A stretch of 64,000 nucleotides of DNA from Patescibacteria group bacterium (GCA_041649575.1 JBAZMW010000002.1:148487-212486); one strand, 5' to 3'; positions 25,390 to 35,006 are shown, counted from the stretch's first letter. The notes: generated from the sequence alone by a model not told the origin. Numbers and translations: made by a program.

Positions 25390-27858
25390 ATGAACCTCAA
25401 TATCTCCTACAACTGGCTCAAAGAATATGTCAAGACAGACTTGATGGCTCATGAGTTTGCCAAAAAATTGTCTCTGTCTGGTCCTTCGGTTGACAGAATC
25501 AAAAAAGTCGGGGCGAATTTTGATAAGGTGGTGGTTGGCAAGATGCTGGAAATTAGCAAACACCCCAACGCCGACAAGTTAAATGTGGCCAAGATAGACA
25601 TCGGTAAAAAAGAACCCATTCAGGTTATTTTTGGACAGATGGCGGTGTTGAAAGTCGGGGATCAGTTACCGGTCGCTGTGGCGCCAACCAAGCTGCCTGG
25701 CGGCATAGAAATATTGGAAAGGGAAATGCGAGGCGTCAAATCACAAGGGATGTGTTGCCTGGACAGTGAGCTGGGTTTGTCCGATCAAGACAAGGTGACG
25801 TTTTTTCCGGCAAAGATAAAACCAGGAACTCCGATCGCCCAGGCACTGGAATTGAAAGAAGATTATATTTTGGATATCGAGGTCACTTCCAACCGGCCCG
25901 ATGCCATGAGTGTTATTGGTATTGCTCGTGAAGCCGCGGCCATACTTGGCGACAAATTTTTATATCAGGAGCCCAAAGGATTGCCACCAGTCTCGCCGAG
26001 CCTAGGCGGACGGTCGCGTCGCTCCCTCGCAATGACATTAAAAGTCACCGTCAAAGAGCCAAAGCTTTGCCCGCGCTACCAGGCGGCAGTGATGACCGGC
26101 GTCAAAGTCGAACCGTCACCACTTTGGATGCAGCAGCGATTATTGGCTTCCGGCTTGCGGCCAATCAATAATTTAGTCGACATTACTAATTATATTTTGT
26201 TGGAATTCGGACAGCCGATGCATGTTTTTGATTATGATAAACTGGCCGCCGCCGAGATTAATGTGCGCCTGGCTAAAAAAGGCGAGACTATCTTGGCGCT
26301 TGATGGCAAGGAATATGAATTGGATGAAAAAGTGTTAATTGTTGCCGATGGCAAGAATCCTTGCGCTGTTGGTGGCATAATGGGTGGCGAATTATCCGGC
26401 GCAACCGGTATAACCAAAAACGTAGTTTTGGAGGTTGGTAATTGGGACCCAGTTAACATCAGAAAGACCGCCAGAGTCCTAAATTTGCATTCAGAAAGCT
26501 CTGATTTATACGAGAAGGGTCTAAGCCCGGAAGGCACCCAATCGGCTCTCTTACGGGCCATGGAGCTGGTCGAGGATTTGGCCAGTGGCCAATTGGCCGG
26601 AGAAATCATTGATATTAATAATTACAAACATAAGGTTAAAGAAATAAAACTGGACACAGCCAATGTCAGTCGCTTTTTGGGCGTGACTATCACAAACTCA
26701 CAAATTAAAGAAAGTCTAGACTCTTTGGGTTTTGAAGTTTACCCTGTTAAATCCCGCTCTAAGCGGGACGGCTCTGCCGTACTTAACGGGGTAAAAGTGC
26801 CCTGGTGGCGTGATCGGGATATGGAAGGCGAACATGACCTGATCGAAGAAGTGGCGCGGCTTTATGGCTATCATAATTTGCCCACCAAGTTAATGGCCGG
26901 CGACCTGCTTTCCGCTGTCATTCCGAGCGAAGTCGAGAAATCCCTTAATTTTTATTGGCAAGACAAGGTAAAGGACATTTTGGCCGGCTTTGGTCTGACC
27001 GAGATTTATACCTACTCCTTCATCTCCGAAAAGCAAATTAATAATTGCCGCTTAAACGCCTCGGCCCATCTGAAAATTTCCAACCCCTTGAGCGCTGATT
27101 TTGAATACCTGCGCACTTCGCTCTTACCCGGCGCTTTGCAGATTATTATCGAAAATGCCGGCTTTTTTTCAGAGGTCAAGTTATTTGATCTATCCAATGT
27201 TTATTTGCCGGTTAAAAAAGATGATTTGCCTCTGGAAAAAACAACGCTTCTTGTCATCGTTTCCGCCAAAAGCGGGAAAGCGGCCCTAAATGAAGCCAAA
27301 GGTATTTTTGAAGGCTTACTAAAACGTCTGAATATTTCCGATTTTAAATATTTAAAAGCTGACAATGCCGAAGGTGTTTATTGTCCGCCGAATTCGCGGA
27401 TTATCGTGGCAGAAAAGGGGATTGGCAGTATTAGTCTGGTTGAGCCGAAAGTCTTAGCGGCTTTTGGCGTCAAAAACGACGTGGCCTTTATCGAGGTGGA
27501 GTTTGAAGCCATTGCTTCTCAAGCCAAATCCGCTCCTGCCTATCACTCGATTCCCAAGTTTCCGGCCATTGAGCTTGATCTGTCAATGGAAGTTGATAAT
27601 GTCATTACTTTTACCGAAGTGGCCAATGTTGCCAGCGATGCCGGCGCGCCTTTGGTTGAAAAAGTCGATTTCCTGTCAGTTTATCAGGGAGATCCGTCCC
27701 AGGCCGAGGCCAAGAAGCTGGCTGTAAATAAAAAAGCTTTGGCTATTAGAATCGTTTACCGCGATTTAAACAAAACCCTGGAGCTGGCCGAAGCGCAGGC
27801 CGCGCATCAAAAAATTGTTGCCGCTCTGAAAAAGGGGTATAATATAAAAGTGAGATAG
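25390..27858 (+). CDS. pheT: Phenylalanine--tRNA ligase beta subunit (carries an in-frame GC-rich repeat insertion)
   Basis: tRNA-binding N-terminus (MNLNISYNWLKEYV), B3/4 and B5 domains, C-terminal FDX-ACB-like region. Confidence 0.9.
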   Translation: MNLNISYNWLKEYVKTDLMAHEFAKKLSLSGPSVDRIKKVGANFDKVVVGKMLEISKHPNADKLNVAKIDIGKKEPIQVIFGQMAVLKVGDQLPVAVAPTKLPGGIEILEREMRGVKSQGMCCLDSELGLSDQDKVTFFPAKIKPGTPIAQALELKEDYILDIEVTSNRPDAMSVIGIAREAAAILGDKFLYQEPKGLPPVSPSLGGRSRRSLAMTLKVTVKEPKLCPRYQAAVMTGVKVEPSPLWMQQRLLASGLRPINNLVDITNYILLEFGQPMHVFDYDKLAAAEINVRLAKKGETILALDGKEYELDEKVLIVADGKNPCAVGGIMGGELSGATGITKNVVLEVGNWDPVNIRKTARVLNLHSESSDLYEKGLSPEGTQSALLRAMELVEDLASGQLAGEIIDINNYKHKVKEIKLDTANVSRFLGVTITNSQIKESLDSLGFEVYPVKSRSKRDGSAVLNGVKVPWWRDRDMEGEHDLIEEVARLYGYHNLPTKLMAGDLLSAVIPSEVEKSLNFYWQDKVKDILAGFGLTEIYTYSFISEKQINNCRLNASAHLKISNPLSADFEYLRTSLLPGALQIIIENAGFFSEVKLFDLSNVYLPVKKDDLPLEKTTLLVIVSAKSGKAALNEAKGIFEGLLKRLNISDFKYLKADNAEGVYCPPNSRIIVAEKGIGSISLVEPKVLAAFGVKNDVAFIEVEFEAIASQAKSAPAYHSIPKFPAIELDLSMEVDNVITFTEVANVASDAGAPLVEKVDFLSVYQGDPSQAEAKKLAVNKKALAIRIVYRDLNKTLELAEAQAAHQKIVAALKKGYNIKVR
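25978..26039 (+). repeat. In-frame GC-rich element 'Y' inside pheT (encodes LPPVSPSLGGRSRRSLAMT)
   Basis: Matches about 55 of 60 positions of the reverse complement of 38896-38957 (ggattgccaccagtctcgccgagcctaggcggacggtcgc...cgctccctcgcaatgacatt). Confidence 0.7.
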
Positions 27859-27964
27859 AAAAAGTTTTTAAAGTTCATAAAGTTAAAAGAAAGATGCTGT
27901 CAGGCTTAATAAAGACTTTATAAACTTTTTACTTTATAAACCTTACTAACTAATTATCATTCCC

Positions 27965-28267
27965 ATGCTTGAAACATCTAAAGACCTTTTTTGGGTCGCT
28001 CTGTCGTTTGCCATCTTCTGGGTCGGCATCGCTGCCGGGTTTGGTTGTTTTTATTTGGCGTTGGTCTTAAGAAATTTTTGGCAAATTAGCTCTAGTGTCA
28101 AGAAAAAAATCGAAGCCGTAGAAAAAATTGTCGCCGCTTTCAAGGGCAAGGTGGAGAGTACTGCCAGTTTTGTCCCGCCGCTGGTGGAAGGCGTGACCAA
28201 AATCGTCGAAGCCATTGGCGAAAGAAAAAAGGCCAAGTCGGCAAAGAGAAAAGAAAAAAAGAAATAG
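27965..28267 (+). CDS. Small membrane protein (100 aa) with Lys-rich tail
   Basis: One or two TM segments. Followed by terminator AAACGGCCTTAAGCGGCCGTTTTTT. Confidence 0.5.
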   Translation: MLETSKDLFWVALSFAIFWVGIAAGFGCFYLALVLRNFWQISSSVKKKIEAVEKIVAAFKGKVESTASFVPPLVEGVTKIVEAIGERKKAKSAKRKEKKK

Positions 28268-28284
28268 CAATATCATTTTTGTTA

Positions 28285-28309
28285 AACGGCCTTAAGCGGC
28301 CGTTTTTTG
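28285..28309 (+). terminator. rho-independent terminator
   Basis: CGGCCttaaGCGGCCG followed by TTTTTT. Confidence 0.65.
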
Positions 28310-28336
28310 TGTTTTTAACATCTTTCTGTTATATTA

Positions 28337-28512
28337 AAGTGGTCGGTTGACGGGAATGACAGCCCCAAAAGGCCAAGAGTCCAGGGAAAGGTACTAGGAG
28401 CACTGACCGCTTTGAAAGCAACCGTCTAGCAAGTAAGCCAGAAGGCCTGGCTGGACGATTCTGTCGACCGATTCCGGGGAGCTCGCGGAGGCAAAAGCGG
28501 CTCCCCTTTATC
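28337..28512 (+). promoter_or_regulatory. GC-rich structured leader with intrinsic terminator upstream of lysS (candidate attenuator/riboswitch, unclassified)
   Basis: About 175 nt GC-rich segment ending in GGGGAGCTCGCGGAGGcaaaaGCGGCTCCCC plus a T-rich run, 60 nt before the lysS ATG. No T-box consensus seen. Confidence 0.35.
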
Positions 28513-28570
28513 GATCTTGATTATTTAATCCTTTTTTTGTAAAATTAAAACATTAAACCATTCCCAATTT

Positions 28571-30067
28571 ATGCCAGAAGACAAAAATAAGACCGATTTA
28601 GACGAACGCAAAATGCGCTTGAAGCGCTTGGAAAATATCAAAAAATCGGGCAGCAATCCGTATCCGGAAAAATTTGACAAACAACAAACACTGGCCGACG
28701 CCAAAACTCTAAAAGAGGGGACCGAGGTCAAAACCGCCGGCCGCATTCTTACCATTCGCGACATGGGCAAAATTATTTTTTGCCATTTGCAAGATTTTAG
28801 CGGTAAGTTACAAGTTGTTTTGAAAGAAGATGAGGTTGGCAAAGAAAAATTAAAATGGTTTTTGGATAATTTTGATCTGGGCGATTTTGTCGGCGTGGCC
28901 GGCGAGATTTTCACCACCAAAAAAGGTGAGATCTCCATTTTGGTTAAAAAATACGATTTTTTGGGCAAAGCGCTGTTGCCTTTGCCGGAGAAATGGCATG
29001 GCCTTAAAGACGCGGAGCTTATCTATCGCCAAAGATACTTGGATTTGGTAGCCAATGAAGAATCGATGGCGCGCTTCAAATTACGTTCAGAAATTGTCAA
29101 GGCGCTGCGCGAGTTTTATTGGGGCAGGGGATTTATCGAGGTAGAAACGCCGATTCTCTGCAATACCGCCTCCGGCGCTATTGCCAAGCCGTTTGTCACT
29201 CATTACAACGCTTTGGATTTGGACGTCTATTTGCGTATTGCTCCGGAAATTTATCTCAAAGAATGCATTATCGGCGGACTGGAAAAGGTTTTTGAAATTG
29301 GCCGCTGTTTCAGAAATGAGGGCATGGATCCGTCGCATCTGCAGGATTTTACCATGGTGGAGCATTACGCGGCTTATTGGAATTATGAGGACAACATGAA
29401 GTTCACCGAAGAATTGATTTGCCATCTCCTGGATAAATTTTTCGGCGGCCGAAAAATAAAAATCAAGGATCGAAAAGGGGAGCTAAAAGAAGTCGATTTT
29501 ATGCCGCCTTGGCCGCGGGTGAGTCTGCGGGAACTGATAAAAAAAGACAGCGGTATCGATATTGACAGAGCCGTCACCGCCGAAGAATTGGCTAAAGAAA
29601 TAAAAAAGAAAAAAATTGAAATCGAAGGCGCCGAAAGGTTGAGCCGCGGCGGCTTGATCGACTCTTTGTACAAGCAGGTTTCTCGGTCCAAGCTGATTCA
29701 GCCGACTTTTTTAATCCAGCATCCGCTCGATTTGTCGCCACTGGCTCGGCGCAGCGACGACAATCCGGCCGTTGTCGATCGTTTTCAGCTGATTGTAAAT
29801 ACCTGGGAGCTTTGCAATGCTTATTCAGAATTAGTCGACCCGCTGGATCAGAAAGAAAGATTCGAAAAACAGTCAGTCGCCAAGGACGCTGGCGATAGCG
29901 AGGCCCATGGCAAAGACGATGAATTTGTGGAGGCCCTGGAGCATGGCGCGCCGCCAATTTCCGGCTGGGGTCTGGGCGTTGATCGTTTGGTGGCCTTGCT
30001 GACTCAACAGGATAATTTGCGGGATGTTGTTTTGTTTCCCCTTATGCGACCCCAAAATAAAGAATAA
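28571..30067 (+). CDS. lysS: Lysine--tRNA ligase (class II)
   Basis: OB-fold N-terminus and class II motifs (FIEVETPIL, GRCFRNEGMD, GWGLGVDRLVALL). Confidence 0.92.
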   Translation: MPEDKNKTDLDERKMRLKRLENIKKSGSNPYPEKFDKQQTLADAKTLKEGTEVKTAGRILTIRDMGKIIFCHLQDFSGKLQVVLKEDEVGKEKLKWFLDNFDLGDFVGVAGEIFTTKKGEISILVKKYDFLGKALLPLPEKWHGLKDAELIYRQRYLDLVANEESMARFKLRSEIVKALREFYWGRGFIEVETPILCNTASGAIAKPFVTHYNALDLDVYLRIAPEIYLKECIIGGLEKVFEIGRCFRNEGMDPSHLQDFTMVEHYAAYWNYEDNMKFTEELICHLLDKFFGGRKIKIKDRKGELKEVDFMPPWPRVSLRELIKKDSGIDIDRAVTAEELAKEIKKKKIEIEGAERLSRGGLIDSLYKQVSRSKLIQPTFLIQHPLDLSPLARRSDDNPAVVDRFQLIVNTWELCNAYSELVDPLDQKERFEKQSVAKDAGDSEAHGKDDEFVEALEHGAPPISGWGLGVDRLVALLTQQDNLRDVVLFPLMRPQNKE

Positions 30068-30083
30068 AAAATAATTTAAGTTT

Positions 30084-30650
30084 ATGAAAAGAAAAAAAAT
30101 TATAGTAGTTATTATCATTGTAATCATCATTGTCGTTATTACTTTGTTTTTTATTTTTTTAAAACCACTTTCTTCTTACTTTAAATCGAAAATCCTGGAT
30201 TATCAAGAGAGCCAATGTGAGAAGCAAAACGGATTATGGTCGTGTAATGAGTCGTTTGGTGGCTGCATGGGTGGTTATGCGTGTATTTTGCCTTTTAAAG
30301 ACGCCAGAAAGCCGTGTCAGAATCCAGGTCAATGCTCAGGCAAACATTGTATTTTGTCAGATGAGCAGTTGAATCAACTAAAAGTAGTACATATAAACGG
30401 ATTTTTTTATTCTTATTTTAGCAGTCAGAAAGTTCCGGTTTTTCATTCAGAATTGTGCCCGTCTTGTACCTTAGAATTTGATCCATTATATGCTACGAAA
30501 TATGAAGAGTGGCCTGAAATTATGGACTTGCCGTCGGGTTTTAGTAATCAAGGGGTTTGTATCTCTTATCCGATGGGAAATTGTGATGGAATTTTGGAAA
30601 TGGATAATAATAAAATTAAAATATTAGCTAATGAATGTCTTTTTTACTAA
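30084..30650 (+). CDS. Membrane-anchored Cys-rich hypothetical protein
   Basis: N-terminal TM (IIVVIIIVIIIVVITLFFIF), then a 14-Cys extracytoplasmic domain. Confidence 0.5.
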   Translation: MKRKKIIVVIIIVIIIVVITLFFIFLKPLSSYFKSKILDYQESQCEKQNGLWSCNESFGGCMGGYACILPFKDARKPCQNPGQCSGKHCILSDEQLNQLKVVHINGFFYSYFSSQKVPVFHSELCPSCTLEFDPLYATKYEEWPEIMDLPSGFSNQGVCISYPMGNCDGILEMDNNKIKILANECLFY

Positions 30651-30651
30651 T

Positions 30652-31110
30652 ATGAAAAAACTTTTTTTTCTCCTCTTGCCGGCTGCGGTTTTAGTTTTAG
30701 CCGGTTGCGGCTCCCAGCAACCCAACGCCAACACTATCGGCGGAGTTTTGGATTTAAGTAAATCGGCCCAGGAAATACAGAAAGACAGTGCCAGCCAGTC
30801 GGCTGTCACCTCCGAGGATAACGTGGACAACATCTATAAATTCTATAATTTGAACAATCAGGTCAAGGATGAAGCGGCTGCCAAAGACGCCATCAGCCAA
30901 GGCCTGGCAGACGGCAAAAATCAGACGGAATTAAATAAAACCCTGGCCAGAGACAAAGATTTTGGTTCGGCCTATCTTTTGGGCTACACCTTTGGCTGTA
31001 AAGCCACCGGCAAAGCCGAAACGGATTGCCAAAACGAGATGGGGCAGAAGCTCTCGGAAATCATGGTGGAGGATCTGCAAAATCAAATTCCCGGCGCCAC
31101 GCAGCAATAA
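30652..31110 (+). CDS. Lipoprotein (hypothetical)
   Basis: Lipobox LVLAGCGS after a hydrophobic signal. Start set at ATG 30652 to avoid overlap with the upstream gene. Confidence 0.55.
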   Translation: MKKLFFLLLPAAVLVLAGCGSQQPNANTIGGVLDLSKSAQEIQKDSASQSAVTSEDNVDNIYKFYNLNNQVKDEAAAKDAISQGLADGKNQTELNKTLARDKDFGSAYLLGYTFGCKATGKAETDCQNEMGQKLSEIMVEDLQNQIPGATQQ

Positions 31111-31125
31111 TTTTATAATAAAAAT

Positions 31126-32379
31126 ATGTTAGACATTAACAAAATTAGAAACGAACTGGAGGAAGTCAAAAAAGCCCTAGCTAAAAGAATGCCACTAGCC
31201 GCTATTGATAGCGCTTTCAAAAAAATAATTACGCTTGACAATGAGCGGCGTGAACTCTTAAAAAAATCAGAAGAACTAAAATCAGAGAGAAATATTGCCA
31301 GTAAAACCAAGCCCACTCCGAAAATTATTGCCAAAATGAAAGCGGTGGGCGAGGAGATTCAGGGATTTGATGAAAAGTTAAAAAAAGTGGAATCAAATTT
31401 TAACGAAGCTATGGCCGAGCTGCCCAATATTCCGGCTGCTGATGTCCTGCCGGGTGGCAAAGAAAATAATCGGGTCATCAAGACCTTTGGCGAAAAGAGG
31501 GAATTCAATTTTACACCCAAAGATCATTACGATTTAGCTGTAGCTTTAGATATTATTGATTATGAACGCGCCGTCAAAATGTCTGGTTCCGGTTTTTGGA
31601 TTTACAAAGGTGCCGGCGCCATTTTGGAATGGGCCATTTTATCGTATTTTATAAAATTCCATCAGGCTAATGGCTATATTTTCATGATCCCGCCCTTTTT
31701 GCTCACCGAGCAGTCAGCTTATACTTCCGGCCACCTGCCTAAATTCAGAGACGATTTATTTTGGACTCAAGACAAGCAGTGTCTCAATGCCACCAGCGAA
31801 ATGATGTTGGGCAATTACCATCGTGACGAAATTATTCCCGAGCAGTCGTTGCCTCTTAAATATTGCGCTTACTCGGCTTGTTTCCGGCGTGAAGCCGGCA
31901 GTTACCGCAAAGAAGAAAGGGGAATGATCCGCGGCCATCAATTTAATAAAATAGAAATGTTCCATTATACTCGGCCAGAGCAATCCTGGGATAGTTTTGC
32001 CGAGCTGGTGGCCAGTGCCGAGAAATTAGTTGAGGGTCTAGGTCTGCATTATCAATCAGTACAATTAGCAGCCGAAGACGCCAGCGCCGCCATGGCCAAA
32101 ACCATTGATGTAGAGGCCTGGATTCCTAGTATGGCTAGTTATAAAGAGGTAAGCAGTGTTTCCAATGCGCTTGATTACCAGGCCAGGCGAGGCAATGTGC
32201 GTTACAAAAATAAGGAAACAGGCAAAAATGAATTTGTTCATACTCTAAATGCCTCTGGTTTGGCCACTAGCCGTTTGATTCCGGCAATTTTGGAACAACT
32301 CCAGAACGCGGACGGCTCGGTGGACGTGCCAGAAGTTTTGCAGCCATTCTGCGGTTTTGATAAAATTTTCAAGTGCTAA
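31126..32379 (+). CDS. serS: Serine--tRNA ligase
   Basis: N-terminal coiled-coil arm and class II core (FRREAGSYRKEERGMIRGHQFNKIEMF, ATSRLIPAILE). Confidence 0.92.
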   Translation: MLDINKIRNELEEVKKALAKRMPLAAIDSAFKKIITLDNERRELLKKSEELKSERNIASKTKPTPKIIAKMKAVGEEIQGFDEKLKKVESNFNEAMAELPNIPAADVLPGGKENNRVIKTFGEKREFNFTPKDHYDLAVALDIIDYERAVKMSGSGFWIYKGAGAILEWAILSYFIKFHQANGYIFMIPPFLLTEQSAYTSGHLPKFRDDLFWTQDKQCLNATSEMMLGNYHRDEIIPEQSLPLKYCAYSACFRREAGSYRKEERGMIRGHQFNKIEMFHYTRPEQSWDSFAELVASAEKLVEGLGLHYQSVQLAAEDASAAMAKTIDVEAWIPSMASYKEVSSVSNALDYQARRGNVRYKNKETGKNEFVHTLNASGLATSRLIPAILEQLQNADGSVDVPEVLQPFCGFDKIFKC

Positions 32380-32389
32380 GTTTTAAATG

Positions 32390-32433
32390 AAAATAAAACG
32401 AGCTGGCCGAATCGTGTTGATTCAGCCAGCTCG
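32390..32433. terminator. Bidirectional rho-independent terminator (serS and the convergent GC-rich gene)
   Basis: GAGCTGGCcgaatcgtgttgattcaGCCAGCTC with U-runs on both strands. Confidence 0.6.
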
Positions 32434-32452
32434 GTTGTAGCGTGGTGGCTTA

Positions 32453-32950
32453 CTATCTGAGGTGTAGAGCTTTCACCTCCGGTCCCTCACCGAAACACTT
32501 GCGTCCCGCCGGTGACCCCGCAAGAAGCCGCAGACTGCAGGTTCGCTTGGCTTTCTCGACTTCCTCCATCAGGATTTGCAGTACGTAGAGGAGTCGGTCG
32601 ACCGAGATCAACCTGGTCTTCAACTGCACACTTTCGGTCTCCACGTCGATACTGCCGACATGTTGCATCCGCCGCGTGACTTGCAGTTTGGGTCTGCGGC
32701 CCTCGACGGCTTTGACCGCCTCCCGTGTCAAGACGATGACGTCAGAGCAGTTGAACTCCGATTCCCTCAGTCGTCGGCCGAATTCCCGGATGTGTTTTCC
32801 GTCCGTGCCGGATTCGCCATCCGGGTCAGGCATTTCGAACAGGAACATACGCTCCAAGGCTCTCCGCAGGTCATCTCGTGGGTCGATCCCGACGCTCCTC
32901 TCTTCTTCCGACAACTCTTGTTCTCCCATTTCTGGCTTACCTTTCAGCAT
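32453..32950 (-). CDS. Hypothetical protein (165 aa), G+C-rich, acidic N-terminal half
   Basis: GAGGAG RBS before the ATG (minus). Own TTGACA-18-TATAAT promoter at 33020-33049 (minus). GC-rich relative to flanks. Confidence 0.5.
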   Translation of the reverse strand: MLKGKPEMGEQELSEEERSVGIDPRDDLRRALERMFLFEMPDPDGESGTDGKHIREFGRRLRESEFNCSDVIVLTREAVKAVEGRRPKLQVTRRMQHVGSIDVETESVQLKTRLISVDRLLYVLQILMEEVEKAKRTCSLRLLAGSPAGRKCFGEGPEVKALHLR

Positions 32951-33019
32951 ATGTTTCCTCGCTCCTCAATGTTTTCCACCATAGTCCTAGCAAGCCACCG
33001 TTGCTAAGGTACTAATTAT

Positions 33020-33049
33020 ATTATACCCCATAAACCCAAAACTTGTCAA
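33020..33049 (-). promoter_or_regulatory. Promoter TTGACA-18-TATAAT (minus strand) overlapping the 5' end of the divergent ftsQ-like gene
   Basis: Reverse complement reads CTTGACAagttttgggtttatggggTATAAT. Confidence 0.5.
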
Positions 33050-33054
33050 GAGAA

Positions 33055-33900
33055 ATGATAGAAGACAAAAACCAATTTAATTACCGGCCGAAAATTCAGG
33101 TCAAAAAGGATTATTACCGCCAGCGCTTTATCAATCCTTATTTTAATAAGGATAAAAAAAATAAATACCAGGGTTTCAACACCAGATTTTATCTAAAAAT
33201 TTTAGTGGCGGTTTTTTTGTTGTACCTGATAGTTTACAGTGATTTATTCAAGATAGGGGAGATAAGCATTTCCGGCACCGATATGATCAGCCAAACCGAA
33301 TTTCGGCAAATGGTGGAAAAGGAAATAAATACCTGGCGTTGGCATTTTTGGCCGCAGAGGAACCAGCTTTTGCTTAGTAAAAAACGATTGGCGCAAAAGA
33401 TCACCAGCCAATACAGTCTTAGTAAGCTGGAAATAAAAAAGGGTTGGCGCCGGCTGCAAATCAATCTGGAAGAAAAAATTTCTTACCTGATGGTTTTTAA
33501 TCGCGGCAAGTTTTACTTTACCGACGCCTGGGGCAATGTCACCCGGGAAATTTCTCCGGAGGAAGCCCAAAAATACTGGACCAGATTTCCCATTTTAAAC
33601 ACCGACCAAGAACGGGTCGATATCGGCAGCCAGATAACTTCCGAAAAAATGGTTAATTTCATTTTGGCTCTCAGTGGAAAGATAAAAGAAATGAAGCTGG
33701 CCATCTCTGGCTACGAGAGTCGGGGACAGGAGGAAGTGTCTCTGGTGGCCAAAGCCGGCTGGCGGGCTTATTTTGATATTGACTCCGATGTTGCCAAGTC
33801 CGTGGAAAACTTGGAATTGGTACTGAAAGAAAAAATCAAAGACCAGAAAAATTTGCAATATATTGATTTACGTTTCGGCGATAAGATTTATTACAAATAG
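33055..33900 (+). CDS. ftsQ: Cell division protein FtsQ/DivIB-like (TM plus POTRA)
   Basis: Single TM (ILVAVFLLYLIVY), then a POTRA-like region (IGEISISGTDMISQTEFRQMV). Confidence 0.65.
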   Translation: MIEDKNQFNYRPKIQVKKDYYRQRFINPYFNKDKKNKYQGFNTRFYLKILVAVFLLYLIVYSDLFKIGEISISGTDMISQTEFRQMVEKEINTWRWHFWPQRNQLLLSKKRLAQKITSQYSLSKLEIKKGWRRLQINLEEKISYLMVFNRGKFYFTDAWGNVTREISPEEAQKYWTRFPILNTDQERVDIGSQITSEKMVNFILALSGKIKEMKLAISGYESRGQEEVSLVAKAGWRAYFDIDSDVAKSVENLELVLKEKIKDQKNLQYIDLRFGDKIYYK

Positions 33901-34002
33901 AGGAGTGGGGATAACTGTAATTGTTTGTTTATCCTTTTTATTTTATAATACCTTTAATGTCGCATAATATAGCTTAAGCGATAATAAAGCAAGTAATTAA
34001 TC

Positions 34003-34968
34003 ATGAAGAAATCAAATCTGCCTATTCTCAGTCAGTTTTCGGACTTTCTGGCCTATTGCGAGGTAGAAAAAGGTCTTAGCCCCATTTCTACCAGAAATTA
34101 CCACAATTTTTTGAGAATGTTCGAAGGTTGGCTAAAAATCAAACATTTAACGCAGCTCAAGCCGCATGAGCTCACTCCAGAGCATGTCTGGGACTACCGG
34201 CTTTATCTTTCCCGTCGGCAAGACCGCTCTGGTCGCTATATCAAAAAAACCACTCAAAATTATTATTTAATCGCCCTTAGGAACCTTTTGAACTACTTCG
34301 CCGATAAAGATATTATCTCTTTGCCTTCAGAAAAAGTTAAATTACCAAAATTAACCGAAAAAGACAAAGCGATAAAGTTTCTAAAGTTTGATCAGATAGA
34401 AAAGTTATTACAGGTGCCGGATGTCACCACTCTTGAAGGCCTAAGGGACAGAACGATTCTCGAAATTCTCTTCTCTACTGGTATGCGGGTTTCGGAGTTA
34501 ACGTCGCTTAATATCAAACAGTTTGATCGCCTAGCTTTACTAAAAAATAATTTTTCTGATCAAGAGTTAAGCATCGCTGGTAAAGGTGGTAGAACAAGAA
34601 CGGTTTATTTTTCTCATCGAGCTTTGGGTTGGCTGGCTAGATACTTAAAAAACAGAAACGACCTCTATCCCCCGCTTTTTATTAACTATCGTCCCCATAA
34701 TGACAGAGATGACGAGCACCGTTTAACGCCTCGTTCGGTTGAAAGATTGGTAAAAAGACACACCGTGATGGCCGGGTTGCCTGTTGATGCCACGCCGCAC
34801 ACCCTGCGTCATAGCTATGCCACGGATTTATTGGATCAGGGAGCAGATTTGCGCAGTGTCCAGGAGCTTTTGGGGCATAAAAATATTGTTACCACTCAAA
34901 TTTATACTCACGTCACCAATCAAAAGCTTCGCTCCATTCATAAAAAATTTCATAGTGGCAATCATTGA
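34003..34968 (+). CDS. Tyrosine recombinase XerC/XerD family
   Basis: SAM-like N-domain. Catalytic R...HTLRHSYAT...LGH...Y (HTLRHSYATDLLDQGADLRSVQELLGHKNIVTTQIYTHV). Confidence 0.85.
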   Translation: MKKSNLPILSQFSDFLAYCEVEKGLSPISTRNYHNFLRMFEGWLKIKHLTQLKPHELTPEHVWDYRLYLSRRQDRSGRYIKKTTQNYYLIALRNLLNYFADKDIISLPSEKVKLPKLTEKDKAIKFLKFDQIEKLLQVPDVTTLEGLRDRTILEILFSTGMRVSELTSLNIKQFDRLALLKNNFSDQELSIAGKGGRTRTVYFSHRALGWLARYLKNRNDLYPPLFINYRPHNDRDDEHRLTPRSVERLVKRHTVMAGLPVDATPHTLRHSYATDLLDQGADLRSVQELLGHKNIVTTQIYTHVTNQKLRSIHKKFHSGNH

Positions 34969-34977
34969 AATAAAAAC

Positions 34978-35006
34978 TACGTCCCGATAACCGGGACGGA
35001 GTTTTT
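34978..35006 (+). terminator. rho-independent terminator
   Basis: GTCCCGataaCCGGGAC followed by GGAGTTTTT. Confidence 0.6.

Noticed and set aside
28337-28512. T-box riboswitch upstream of lysS.
   Set aside because: No specifier-loop/T-box consensus (AATTAGGGTGGNACCGCG) was found. It is kept only as an unclassified leader.
34003-34968. Tyrosine recombinase as a marker of an integrated prophage or genomic island.
   Set aside because: The flanking genes are ftsQ-like and an M23 peptidase. There are no phage structural, replication or att-like features. It is more consistent with the chromosomal XerC/D-like dimer-resolution enzyme.
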